From Armatimonadota bacterium (GTDB lineage: Bacteria > Armatimonadota > UBA5829 > DTJY01): 64,000 bases of DNA. This document shows positions 45,016-52,608 of this stretch, one piece after another (positions within the stretch are counted from its first letter, which is position 1; each line of letters begins with the position of its first letter). Below the pieces are notes generated by a model. The model was given only the letters and a program-made list of their open reading frames with translations, had not been told where the DNA came from and did no database searches. The position numbers were made by a program, and so were the translations under genes. The stretch spans positions 551 through 64,550 of the forward strand of contig JANYKG010000082.1 of assembly GCA_025358205.1 (NCBI GenBank). The letters run 5' to 3'.

Positions 45016-46485
45016 ATGGGTTCCAAAGGCAAGATAGTCGGCGCACCAACAGTGGGCGTGAACATCGGCTCCAGCCTCATCAAAGTGGTGGAGGCAAAGC
45101 CCGGCAAAGGCGGTATTAACATTACCGCGCTTGGGATAGCTCCGACACCGCCGGGGACAATCGAGAATGAGGTCATAATTGACCCTCAGACCTTAGGTCA
45201 GGCTGTGCGCACTCTGCTCAAGGAGAGCGGCATCACATCCAAACGGTGCGTTTCCTCAGTCGCCGGTCAGTCCACAGTGGTCGTAAGGATCATTGAAGTG
45301 CCCAAAATGACCAAGAAGGAACTTGGGGAGACCATGAAGTGGGAAGTGGAGCGGCATGTGCCCTTCGCTGCCAACGAAGTGGTGATGGACTTCCAGCCGA
45401 TAGACAGGCCGATTATGGGCGGAGACGACCAGAACATGGAAGTGTTGCTGGCCGTGGCTCAGCAGGAAGTCATCAACAAACATGTGGAAACTATACTCGC
45501 CGCGGGATTGGACCCGGTTGTGATTGATGTAGAGCCGCTCGCGATTTGCAGATCGCTGGTTGACGCGGCGAAGAACGGCGAGATGGAGCAGACGATTGCG
45601 ATTGTGAATGTGGGCGCGGGCGTTACGGAACTGGGCATATATCAGTCCGGTCTGCTGGCGTTCCCACGCACACTGCCGATAGCCGGAGACGGCATCACCC
45701 GGGCGCTTAGTGACACACTGCAGATATCCGTAGAGCAGGCGGAACGGCTGAAGCGGGAGAAGGCGGTAGTGCTTCTTGACCGTTCAGCGGCGCTGAACCC
45801 GCACATGGGTTTTGGCGGTCCCGAACCGGTGGCTGATCAGTCTGCCCCGGTAGCATCTGCTCCTTCGAATGCCGATGATGATTTGGGATTCATCCCAGGC
45901 TTGGGCTTCGGGTTTGGCGCGGATGAGACTCAGGCTGCACCGGCGGAAGCCCCTGCGGCGGACCTGCCCGATTTTGATGTTGACCTGGGCGGCGGAATGA
46001 CCGGTATGCCGTTCATGGATTTCGACTTGAACGAGCCTGCAGCCGGCGCCCCTCAAGCAGACATACCACAAGCGGCCCCAATCACCTTTGATGGAGCATC
46101 CGGACTGCCTGCCAACGTGGACGGCGGACCGTCTCCTTCAGGCGTAGACGACTCTGTGCTGGCGGATTTCACACAAGAGCAGATATACGATGCCATTGCT
46201 CCTATGCTGAGCGATCTCATCATGGAGATTCGGCGATCCATCGAATACTATACCAGCAGATTCCAGTCCCAGCCGGACAAGATCATGCTTTGTGGCGGCA
46301 CAAGCAAGATTCGGGATCTGGACAAGCTGTTGCAGGCCGAACTGGGGATACCGGTGGTACTGGGTAATGCGATAAACAACGTTCCGGTGTTGTCGCGCAC
46401 GCTTTCTCAAGAATATGTTGAGGAAGTGGCGGCGCTCTTCCCTGTCGGCATAGGTTTGGCGATAAGGGACATGATAGGAGACTAG
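45016..46485 (+). CDS. pilM: type IV pilus assembly protein PilM with ~130-aa acidic low-complexity insertion
   Basis: Actin-like ATPase fold with the GINIGSSLIKVV N-terminus. RBS GGAG. An insertion rich in D/E/P/A/G occupies roughly residues 255-390. Confidence 0.85.
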   Translation: MGSKGKIVGAPTVGVNIGSSLIKVVEAKPGKGGINITALGIAPTPPGTIENEVIIDPQTLGQAVRTLLKESGITSKRCVSSVAGQSTVVVRIIEVPKMTKKELGETMKWEVERHVPFAANEVVMDFQPIDRPIMGGDDQNMEVLLAVAQQEVINKHVETILAAGLDPVVIDVEPLAICRSLVDAAKNGEMEQTIAIVNVGAGVTELGIYQSGLLAFPRTLPIAGDGITRALSDTLQISVEQAERLKREKAVVLLDRSAALNPHMGFGGPEPVADQSAPVASAPSNADDDLGFIPGLGFGFGADETQAAPAEAPAADLPDFDVDLGGGMTGMPFMDFDLNEPAAGAPQADIPQAAPITFDGASGLPANVDGGPSPSGVDDSVLADFTQEQIYDAIAPMLSDLIMEIRRSIEYYTSRFQSQPDKIMLCGGTSKIRDLDKLLQAELGIPVVLGNAINNVPVLSRTLSQEYVEEVAALFPVGIGLAIRDMIGD

Positions 46486-46493
46486 GCGTCATC

Positions 46494-47156
46494 GTGCTTA
46501 AGATCAACTTAATTCCTGCATATATCTATGAGAGACGGAAACTCAAGCAAACGACAACCGCGATGATTGTATTGGTTGTGTGTGTGGCTGGCGGTATGTT
46601 TGCGTGGCTTATGATGCTGAATAATCATAAGCAGGAGCTGACGGAGCAGGTCACCCTCATGGAGCAGAAGATGGCCGAGGTCAAGGCCATTGAGGCTCAG
46701 GCCATAGCGGAAGAGGCCAAGGCTCCGATCATGCAGGGGAAGGTAACGTTCTTCGATGCGCTGGCAGCGTATAACGTGGAGTACCCGAAGCTGTATGCCG
46801 AGCTTGCCAAGTATACGTACAGCCGTGTTCTGTACCGGTCCGTGGAGCCAAGCGGCACTCAGCTCAAGATAGGCGCCACCGCGCGAAGCGTGGGCGATTG
46901 CGGACGATACCTGCTCAACATGTATCGCGCAACTCATATTTTCAACTCCGTGACGATAGACGCGGTTCCGGGATGGGGCGGCGCCATAACGCAGGGGTTT
47001 GACTTTAGCGTAACGTGTAATCTTGTGAAGCCCATCAATGCGCCAACATATGGTGCAGCCGCTGGTGCAGCGGGAACACCGCCAGGCGGGCCTCCGGCGG
47101 GACCTGCCGCGCCTCAGATGGGACCGCCGCCTACTGGTGGGCCGCCTCCCGGATAG
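46494..47156 (+). CDS. pilN: type IV pilus assembly protein PilN
   Basis: GTG start 8 nt after the pilM stop. The PilN signature INLIP is present, with one transmembrane helix, and the tail is Pro/Gly-rich. Confidence 0.75.
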   Translation: MLKINLIPAYIYERRKLKQTTTAMIVLVVCVAGGMFAWLMMLNNHKQELTEQVTLMEQKMAEVKAIEAQAIAEEAKAPIMQGKVTFFDALAAYNVEYPKLYAELAKYTYSRVLYRSVEPSGTQLKIGATARSVGDCGRYLLNMYRATHIFNSVTIDAVPGWGGAITQGFDFSVTCNLVKPINAPTYGAAAGAAGTPPGGPPAGPAAPQMGPPPTGGPPPG

Positions 47157-47180
47157 TAACAGTGGAACTCTACTGCCGGC

Positions 47181-47864
47181 ATGAATGGTCAGGCAGATAT
47201 CGGATTGGTGAATATGTCTAAGTTGAAAGCGCTTCATGTAGCAATCATAGGTTCCGTTGTGTGCATCCTGATCGGGGTGGGCACGTATTTCCTCGTCATC
47301 AAGAAGGTGACAGAGGAAATCACAGCTCTTGACGGACGACTTGCGGCTGCCACAGCGGTGGAGAACACTCGCCCGCAGGTGATGAAGAGGCTCGCGGACG
47401 CGAAGATAAACAACATGAGACTTCAGGTGACGCTGGAGAAGTATATGCGCGCCAAGATGCCTGCGATCTCATTCCAGGATCGCCCGCAAGGCATGATTGC
47501 GCTGTGGAAAGAGCATGCAGAGACCTTGGGTCCGCTGATCAGGGCATGGCCGGCGAAGACCGGTGTTACAATGACTAACACGGTTACGATCCCGCCGCCG
47601 CCGGTTGATCCCAATGCTATAGATACGTCGGTTATCAAGATTCCAGTGGGGGCCTTTACCGTAACAGGCGACTACACGACGCTCATGAACCATCTTCGGT
47701 CGTGGAACAGATTCAATCGGCTGGTGCAGATAGATGTGGGTTCGCTCACCGGGAATAGCCCGTTTATGACCTTGAACTACACTGTGACGGTGTACATCTT
47801 CCCTAGAGGAGAAACCGGTCCGGCTGTACCGATGGCCGGTGCGGGAACTGCAACTCCTCGTTAG
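47181..47864 (+). CDS. pilO: type IV pilus assembly protein PilO
   Basis: Short cytoplasmic segment, then a transmembrane helix, coiled coil and PilO-like periplasmic domain. The in-frame ATG at 47214 is an alternative start. Confidence 0.65.
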   Translation: MNGQADIGLVNMSKLKALHVAIIGSVVCILIGVGTYFLVIKKVTEEITALDGRLAAATAVENTRPQVMKRLADAKINNMRLQVTLEKYMRAKMPAISFQDRPQGMIALWKEHAETLGPLIRAWPAKTGVTMTNTVTIPPPPVDPNAIDTSVIKIPVGAFTVTGDYTTLMNHLRSWNRFNRLVQIDVGSLTGNSPFMTLNYTVTVYIFPRGETGPAVPMAGAGTATPR

Positions 47865-47888
47865 TAGCGGGCATAGAAAGATTTTCTG

Positions 47889-48653
47889 ATGGATAAGTTC
47901 AAAGCATGGATAGAGGATAAGAAGAACCTGCCGGTAGTGGCCACCATAGCGGGTGTGGTTGTGATCGGGGTTGTGGTAGTGATGCTGATGAGCTTTGGCG
48001 TCATAGGTGGTGGAGGCGGAGCGGACACGTCTACCGCGAGCGCACCTGGCATGGCCGCTGGTCCTGCTGCGGGAGCCGCTGGTCCTGTACCGCCAGGGCC
48101 GGGGCCTGCGGGAATGCCGATGGATGCCGGAGCCGTGGGGCCGACTGGCGCCGCGCCGGCCGCTGCCACTGCGCCAACTCCCGCTGGATCTGTTCTCCAG
48201 CCCATGTTGCCGTACCGAAAAGACCCGTTCCTGCCGTTTGCCGGTATGCCGTCCAGGAAGGACGTGCTGGCGATGGTGTTGCCGGCACTCCGGAGACCGC
48301 GGATTGCGCCCGCTCCTGTGATGCAGGTCGAGGCCACAGCGGCGGCAGCGGAAGTGCTTCCGCCTCAGCCGTTCCGCCGGATGGCGGGCGTGATGTGGAA
48401 CGGGCGGGTTTCAGCTATACTGGAAACCGCCGGTGAGACCGACATAGTCAGACCGCGCATGGAACTTAATAGAGGGAACTCGCGAGTGAGGGTAGAAAGT
48501 ATCACCCAGGACTCTATTGTACTGAAGACTCTAGACACTCGAACGCCGATGACGATTACTGTGGGGCTGGCGGGTTCCGTGACGGGAAATTCAGCTACTG
48601 GTACGCCGCAAGGACAAGGCGCACCCGACATGTACAACAACGCTCCATACTGA
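47889..48653 (+). CDS. pilP: PilP-like protein
   Basis: N-terminal transmembrane helix, a Pro/Ala-rich linker, and a C-terminal beta domain carrying the KDPFLPF motif as in PilP. Confidence 0.6.
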   Translation: MDKFKAWIEDKKNLPVVATIAGVVVIGVVVVMLMSFGVIGGGGGADTSTASAPGMAAGPAAGAAGPVPPGPGPAGMPMDAGAVGPTGAAPAAATAPTPAGSVLQPMLPYRKDPFLPFAGMPSRKDVLAMVLPALRRPRIAPAPVMQVEATAAAAEVLPPQPFRRMAGVMWNGRVSAILETAGETDIVRPRMELNRGNSRVRVESITQDSIVLKTLDTRTPMTITVGLAGSVTGNSATGTPQGQGAPDMYNNAPY

Positions 48654-48775
48654 TGAGCGCACAACGATCCGGGTCGGCAAAGAATAATCGTGACGGGTAA
48701 GAACATTTGGCCGACAGAAGTCGTCTTAGTATCGATAGTCTACAGATTTCACGATGGCGGAAGGAGAATTTTGCC

Positions 48776-49423
48776 ATGAGTAAGTTGCGAAGCATTCTGA
48801 TGGTAGTTCTGATTTTGATGGCCTTTGCTAGTGCAGTGTTTGCGCAAACGAGCACGAACGCAGAGGTCGAGAAGCGTGTATCGCTTCAGTTCAAGGATGT
48901 GCCTATCGGAAACGCGATAGCCATTCTCTTTGAGGGCATGAACTTCTCTGTGGAACCAGGGGTGCAGGGAACCGTGACAGTGAATTTGATCGATGTGGCG
49001 TTCCCCGAGGCTCTTCAAGCAGTACTGAAGGCGGCAAACCTTACGGCGCGCAAAGAGACCGGCGTATACTACATCGGCCCGAAGAAAGATTTGTCGCAGG
49101 ATATGTCACAGCAGCCGGTTGTAGAAGTTCCCGAAGTCGCGGTTGAAAGAACGAAGATACCCGAAAAATTGCTCATCGGATTTGCGGATGTGCAGGAAAT
49201 CGGCGGCTATCTTAACGCTCAGATCGGCAGTTCCCAGCGTAACCAGAGCGGTGGTATGATGGGCGGTGGTATGATGGGCGGCGGCATGGGCGGCGGCATG
49301 GGCGGCATGGGCATGGGCGGCATGGGCGGCGGCGGATATGGCGGCGGCATGGGCGGCGGCATGGGTGGCGGCATGGGTGGCGGCATGGGCGGCGGTATGG
49401 GCGGCGGTATGCCCCGCTGGTAG
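48776..49423 (+). CDS. secretin N-terminal (STN)-domain protein with C-terminal Gly-Met repeat tail
   Basis: ATG 48776 with AAGGAG RBS. The signal peptide is MSKLRSILMVVLILMAFASAVFAQ. The STN-like region VSLQFKDVPIGNAIAILFEGMNFSV...TVNLIDVAFPEALQAVL is followed by a (GGGM)n tail of about 55 aa. Confidence 0.6.
   Translation: MSKLRSILMVVLILMAFASAVFAQTSTNAEVEKRVSLQFKDVPIGNAIAILFEGMNFSVEPGVQGTVTVNLIDVAFPEALQAVLKAANLTARKETGVYYIGPKKDLSQDMSQQPVVEVPEVAVERTKIPEKLLIGFADVQEIGGYLNAQIGSSQRNQSGGMMGGGMMGGGMGGGMGGMGMGGMGGGGYGGGMGGGMGGGMGGGMGGGMGGGMPRW
49250..49411 (+). repeat. tandem 12-nt coding repeat (GGCGGCATGGGC-like) encoding (GGGM)n
   Basis: About 13 near-identical units lie directly head-to-tail inside the STN-domain gene. 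Confidence 0.7.
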
Positions 49424-49522
49424 TGATGTATATGGGCTGATCGGCCGACGCAGACCGCGAGTTCGGGCCTGAGCGACCGTTCGGGTTATGGATTTGAGTT
49501 GAAGTACCGGGGAGGAAATCGT

Positions 49523-51169
49523 ATGGAGTGGGTATATGGACGCCGACTGGGTCTACCTGGACTAGCAGTCCTAGCGTGTCTGGTTATTTTGGCGGCGCAG
49601 TGCAGCAGTGTATGTGCGCAAACCGCCAGTCCGCAGGGCGCGCAGGGCCTGATTTCGCTGGATGTGGTAGATGCGGATTTGTCACAGGTGGTACGCATAT
49701 TGATGTCTGAGAGCAAACAGAGCATCGTAATAGGCGATCCGGATGCCCGCGTGAAGAAGGTCACAGCGATGTTGAATAATGTGTCGCTGGAGAACGCGCT
49801 CCGGTACGTAGTTGAAAGCGTTGGTTGTTCTTGGCGTCACGAGTCTGACGGCGTCTATCTGATAGGCGCAAAGTCGCTCAATGATCGCGGTGTGGCAAAT
49901 GACGCGCAACCGGCATTGACTGACTCGACTGCTTCAGTGACTGCTCGGACAACCGGCGGTGTGAATGAGGCCAGTCACCGTGATACCAGAGTTGAGATGA
50001 TTAAGCTCTATAATGCAAGTCCTGCTGACATGATGTGGACGCTGGGTGTGTACAGTCTCGAAGATGCCCCGAAGATACAGACTCCACAACCGCGGAACGT
50101 AACGGTATACATGGAGAAGGCAGACGGCACCAGGGAATCGGTGTTTATGCCGGAGCAGACTGCGCCGATGACAGAGTCGCTGAAGTCCGCGCAGAATGGT
50201 GCACAGCGTACATCTCAATATGGTGCAGAAGCAGCGCAGAGGCCGCAGTACCAGCAGCAGTATCAGCAGCAGCAACCTCGGCCACCAGGTCCGACGCAGC
50301 CCGGTTCACCGAATCAGCAAGGTGGGTTGTTGCCCGCAGGCATTGACTACGTTTTGACCTATGACCTGGATAACTCGCTCATTGTGCGTGGTGATGACGA
50401 GGGCATCGAGGAACTGAAGACGATTATCAGCAAACTTGACATCGCGCCGAGACAGATTATGATAGAGGCGCGGTTCGTTTCGATAGCCACGACGGAACTA
50501 CAGAGCCTGGGCATAAACTGGTCAATGGAGCGGCTGAATAGCACCTTCTCCACCCAATTCAATCCTGCCGGAAACGTTATTATTGGTTATGCGAACGGCA
50601 ATGTGATAGCGAACATGCAGGCGCAGCTTGGCAAGTCACATGGCAAACTGATAAATGCACCGATTATCACCACCATGAACAACGTGCCGGCAAGCATTGG
50701 ATTCCAGACGACGGTTCCATATCTGACTTCATCTACGCAGTTCAACCAGAACGGCGGAGCTTCGACCGCATCGGCGACGATGTTTCTGCCGATCACGAGT
50801 CAGTTGTGGGTGTTGCCGAGAATAAACAACGCAGACAACTCCATCACTGTGAACATTATGCCGCAGATATCCGACATAGAGAAGTATGTGGATACGGCGA
50901 ATGGTTCCATACCCATAGTGAACACACAGTACATTCAGACTCAGCGGCGAGTAAGTAACGGAGAAACGATAGTGCTTGGTGGACTCATCCGCAAGGATGA
51001 TAACCTCAGTGAGGACAAGATTCCACTCATAGGCGATCTACCGATCATCGGCCGATTGTTCCAGAGTTCCAAGAAATCGGTGGATGACAAGGAACTACTG
51101 ATATTCCTGACCCCGACAATCGTGGCCGAAAAGCCGGTAGCCGGAGCGGGAGTTGGCGTAGCCCCGTAG
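49523..51169 (+). CDS. pilQ: type IV pilus secretin PilQ
   Basis: ATG 49523 has GGAGG 7 nt upstream. A signal peptide, an STN-like domain and the canonical secretin C-domain (GETIVLGGLIRKDDNLSEDKIPLIGDLPIIGRLF) are present. Confidence 0.9.
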   Translation: MEWVYGRRLGLPGLAVLACLVILAAQCSSVCAQTASPQGAQGLISLDVVDADLSQVVRILMSESKQSIVIGDPDARVKKVTAMLNNVSLENALRYVVESVGCSWRHESDGVYLIGAKSLNDRGVANDAQPALTDSTASVTARTTGGVNEASHRDTRVEMIKLYNASPADMMWTLGVYSLEDAPKIQTPQPRNVTVYMEKADGTRESVFMPEQTAPMTESLKSAQNGAQRTSQYGAEAAQRPQYQQQYQQQQPRPPGPTQPGSPNQQGGLLPAGIDYVLTYDLDNSLIVRGDDEGIEELKTIISKLDIAPRQIMIEARFVSIATTELQSLGINWSMERLNSTFSTQFNPAGNVIIGYANGNVIANMQAQLGKSHGKLINAPIITTMNNVPASIGFQTTVPYLTSSTQFNQNGGASTASATMFLPITSQLWVLPRINNADNSITVNIMPQISDIEKYVDTANGSIPIVNTQYIQTQRRVSNGETIVLGGLIRKDDNLSEDKIPLIGDLPIIGRLFQSSKKSVDDKELLIFLTPTIVAEKPVAGAGVGVAP

Positions 51170-51191
51170 GATTGAACGATTGATTTGATAT

Positions 51192-51230
51192 GCGCGTCCG
51201 AGAGTGACTGCACTTTCGGACGCGTTTTGC
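51192..51230 (+). terminator. rho-independent terminator after pilQ
   Basis: 10-bp GC-rich stem GCGCGTCCGA (51192-51201) / TCGGACGCG (51216-51224) followed by TTTTG. Confidence 0.6.
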
Positions 51231-51239
51231 TGTGTTGAC

Positions 51240-51269
51240 TTGACAGCGCAATGGCTTCCATGGTATTCT
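51240..51269 (+). promoter_or_regulatory. sigma70-like promoter TTGACA-18 nt-TATTCT for the rplJ-rplL-rpoB-rpoC operon
   Basis: -35 at 51240-51245 (overlapping a second TTGACT at 51235) and -10 at 51264-51269. Confidence 0.5.
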
Positions 51270-51477
51270 CTATACGCAATTGAATAATGTCTGCCGTAGA
51301 CCGCAGGTGTTCACGGACTTAAGGGGTGAAGACCCGCCTGCCGAGGCTTGGAGCCGTTCTCGATATATTATGTCGAGTGCGTTTTTCTTGAAGCAAGGGG
51401 ATCCCCGGTGTCTACGGTGATCCCTTTATTATTTTATGGGGTGGGGTATATACCCACCGACCGAGGAGGTGAAATAC
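51270..51477 (+). promoter_or_regulatory. rplJ (L10) leader region with hairpins and a U-tract attenuator-like element
   Basis: About 200-nt untranslated leader. It contains CTCGATATATTATGTCGAG followed by TGCGTTTTTTC and a GGGATCCCCGGTGTCTACGGTGATCCC hairpin. This is consistent with an L10(L12)4 autoregulatory leader by analogy, which is an inference. Confidence 0.45.
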
Positions 51478-51999
51478 TTGCCGAAACAAGAGAAGATTGA
51501 CCGAGTTGCCCAGTTGGGTGAACAGGTCAAACAGTCCAGTGCGCTTGTAATGACCGATTACCGCGGATTAACGGTGAAAGAGATATCCGAAATCCGAAGG
51601 AACCTGCGGGCGACTGGGGCGCAGTATACGGTTGTAAAGAACACTCTCTTCCATTTGGCCACCAAGGACGTGATGGAGGAAAGCATATCTGAACTGCTTG
51701 CCGGGCCGACCGCTGTGGCATTCGTGGAGAGTGACGCAATAGGTGCAGCGAAGGCTTTGGTGGATTTCGCCAAGACGCACAAGGCTCTGGAAATCAAGGG
51801 CGCGTACATGGAGGGCAAGGTCCTGGATACAACCCAGGTAGTGGCCCTGTCCAAGATTCCGTCGCGCGAGGTTCTGATATCGCAGATGCTGGGTGCATTC
51901 CAGTCACCGATAGCAGGCTTTGTGGGTACGCTTCAGGGTGTAGTGTCCCAGTTTGTGTTCACGCTTCAGGCAGTTGCCGATCAGAAGTCGGCTGCGTGA
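51478..51999 (+). CDS. rplJ: 50S ribosomal protein L10
   Basis: TTG start with GGAGG 8 nt upstream. The L10 N-terminus LPKQEKIDRVAQLGEQVKQSSALVMTDYRGLTV is canonical. Confidence 0.9.
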   Translation: MPKQEKIDRVAQLGEQVKQSSALVMTDYRGLTVKEISEIRRNLRATGAQYTVVKNTLFHLATKDVMEESISELLAGPTAVAFVESDAIGAAKALVDFAKTHKALEIKGAYMEGKVLDTTQVVALSKIPSREVLISQMLGAFQSPIAGFVGTLQGVVSQFVFTLQAVADQKSAA

Positions 52000-52062
52000 C
52001 TCTCATACCGGGTATCCGGCAGATCAGCATCGAATTAACATCACAACAGGAGATAGAACGAA

Positions 52063-52440
52063 ATGGCAAAGATAGATGAAATCATCGCATCAGTAGACAG
52101 TTTGACAGTGCTTGAACTCAGCGAGTTGGTGAAAGCTCTTCAGGAGAAGTACGGCGTGTCGGCAGCAGCTCCCGTGGCCGCAGCAGGTCCCGCAGGAGGC
52201 GGCGAGGCAGCAGCGGTAGAGGAAGAGAAGACTTCCTTCGACGTAATCCTGAATGGCGCCGGCGACAAGAAGATCAACGTGATCAAGGTTGTCCGTGAAC
52301 TGACCAGCCTTGGCCTGAAAGAAGCGAAGGACCTTGTGGAGTCCGCTCCTCAGCCGATCAAGACCGGTCTGAACAAGGAAGATGCCGAAGCTACAAAGGC
52401 GAAGTTGGAAGCCGAGGGCGCGAGCGTCGAGATCAAGTAG
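52063..52440 (+). CDS. rplL: 50S ribosomal protein L7/L12
   Basis: 125-aa ORF with canonical L7/L12 N- and C-terminal domains. Confidence 0.95.
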   Translation: MAKIDEIIASVDSLTVLELSELVKALQEKYGVSAAAPVAAAGPAGGGEAAAVEEEKTSFDVILNGAGDKKINVIKVVRELTSLGLKEAKDLVESAPQPIKTGLNKEDAEATKAKLEAEGASVEIK

Positions 52441-52461
52441 TACCGATAGATACTGTTGGAG

Positions 52462-52510
52462 CCGGGTGTGGAGAGTGTATTTCCGCACCCGGTTTCACGT
52501 GTTTTTGGCG
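52462..52510 (+). terminator. rplL-rpoB intergenic attenuator hairpin
   Basis: Stem CCGGGTG (52462-52468) / CACCCGG (52486-52492), followed by TTTCACGTGTTTTTGG. A partial terminator at this position is classical. Confidence 0.5.
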
Positions 52511-52548
52511 CTATTAGCAAAAATACCTGTTTCCGAGAGCCGGCTCCA

Positions 52549-52577
52549 TTGACAAGGGTGTGAGTTTCTGCTAACAT
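52549..52577 (+). promoter_or_regulatory. possible internal promoter TTGACA-17 nt-TAACAT upstream of rpoB
   Basis: -35 at 52549-52554 and -10 at 52572-52577. It has the same -10 hexamer as the pilM promoter. Confidence 0.4.
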
Positions 52578-52608
52578 AAGTGTTCGTGTCTGACCGGAGG
52601 AGGGCTGC

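Noticed and set aside
49250-49411. Tandem GGCGGCATGGGC repeats considered as a possible CRISPR or non-coding repeat array
   Set aside because: The units are directly adjacent with no spacers and lie in-frame within a coding sequence that continues to a normal stop. It is a coding low-complexity repeat, not CRISPR.
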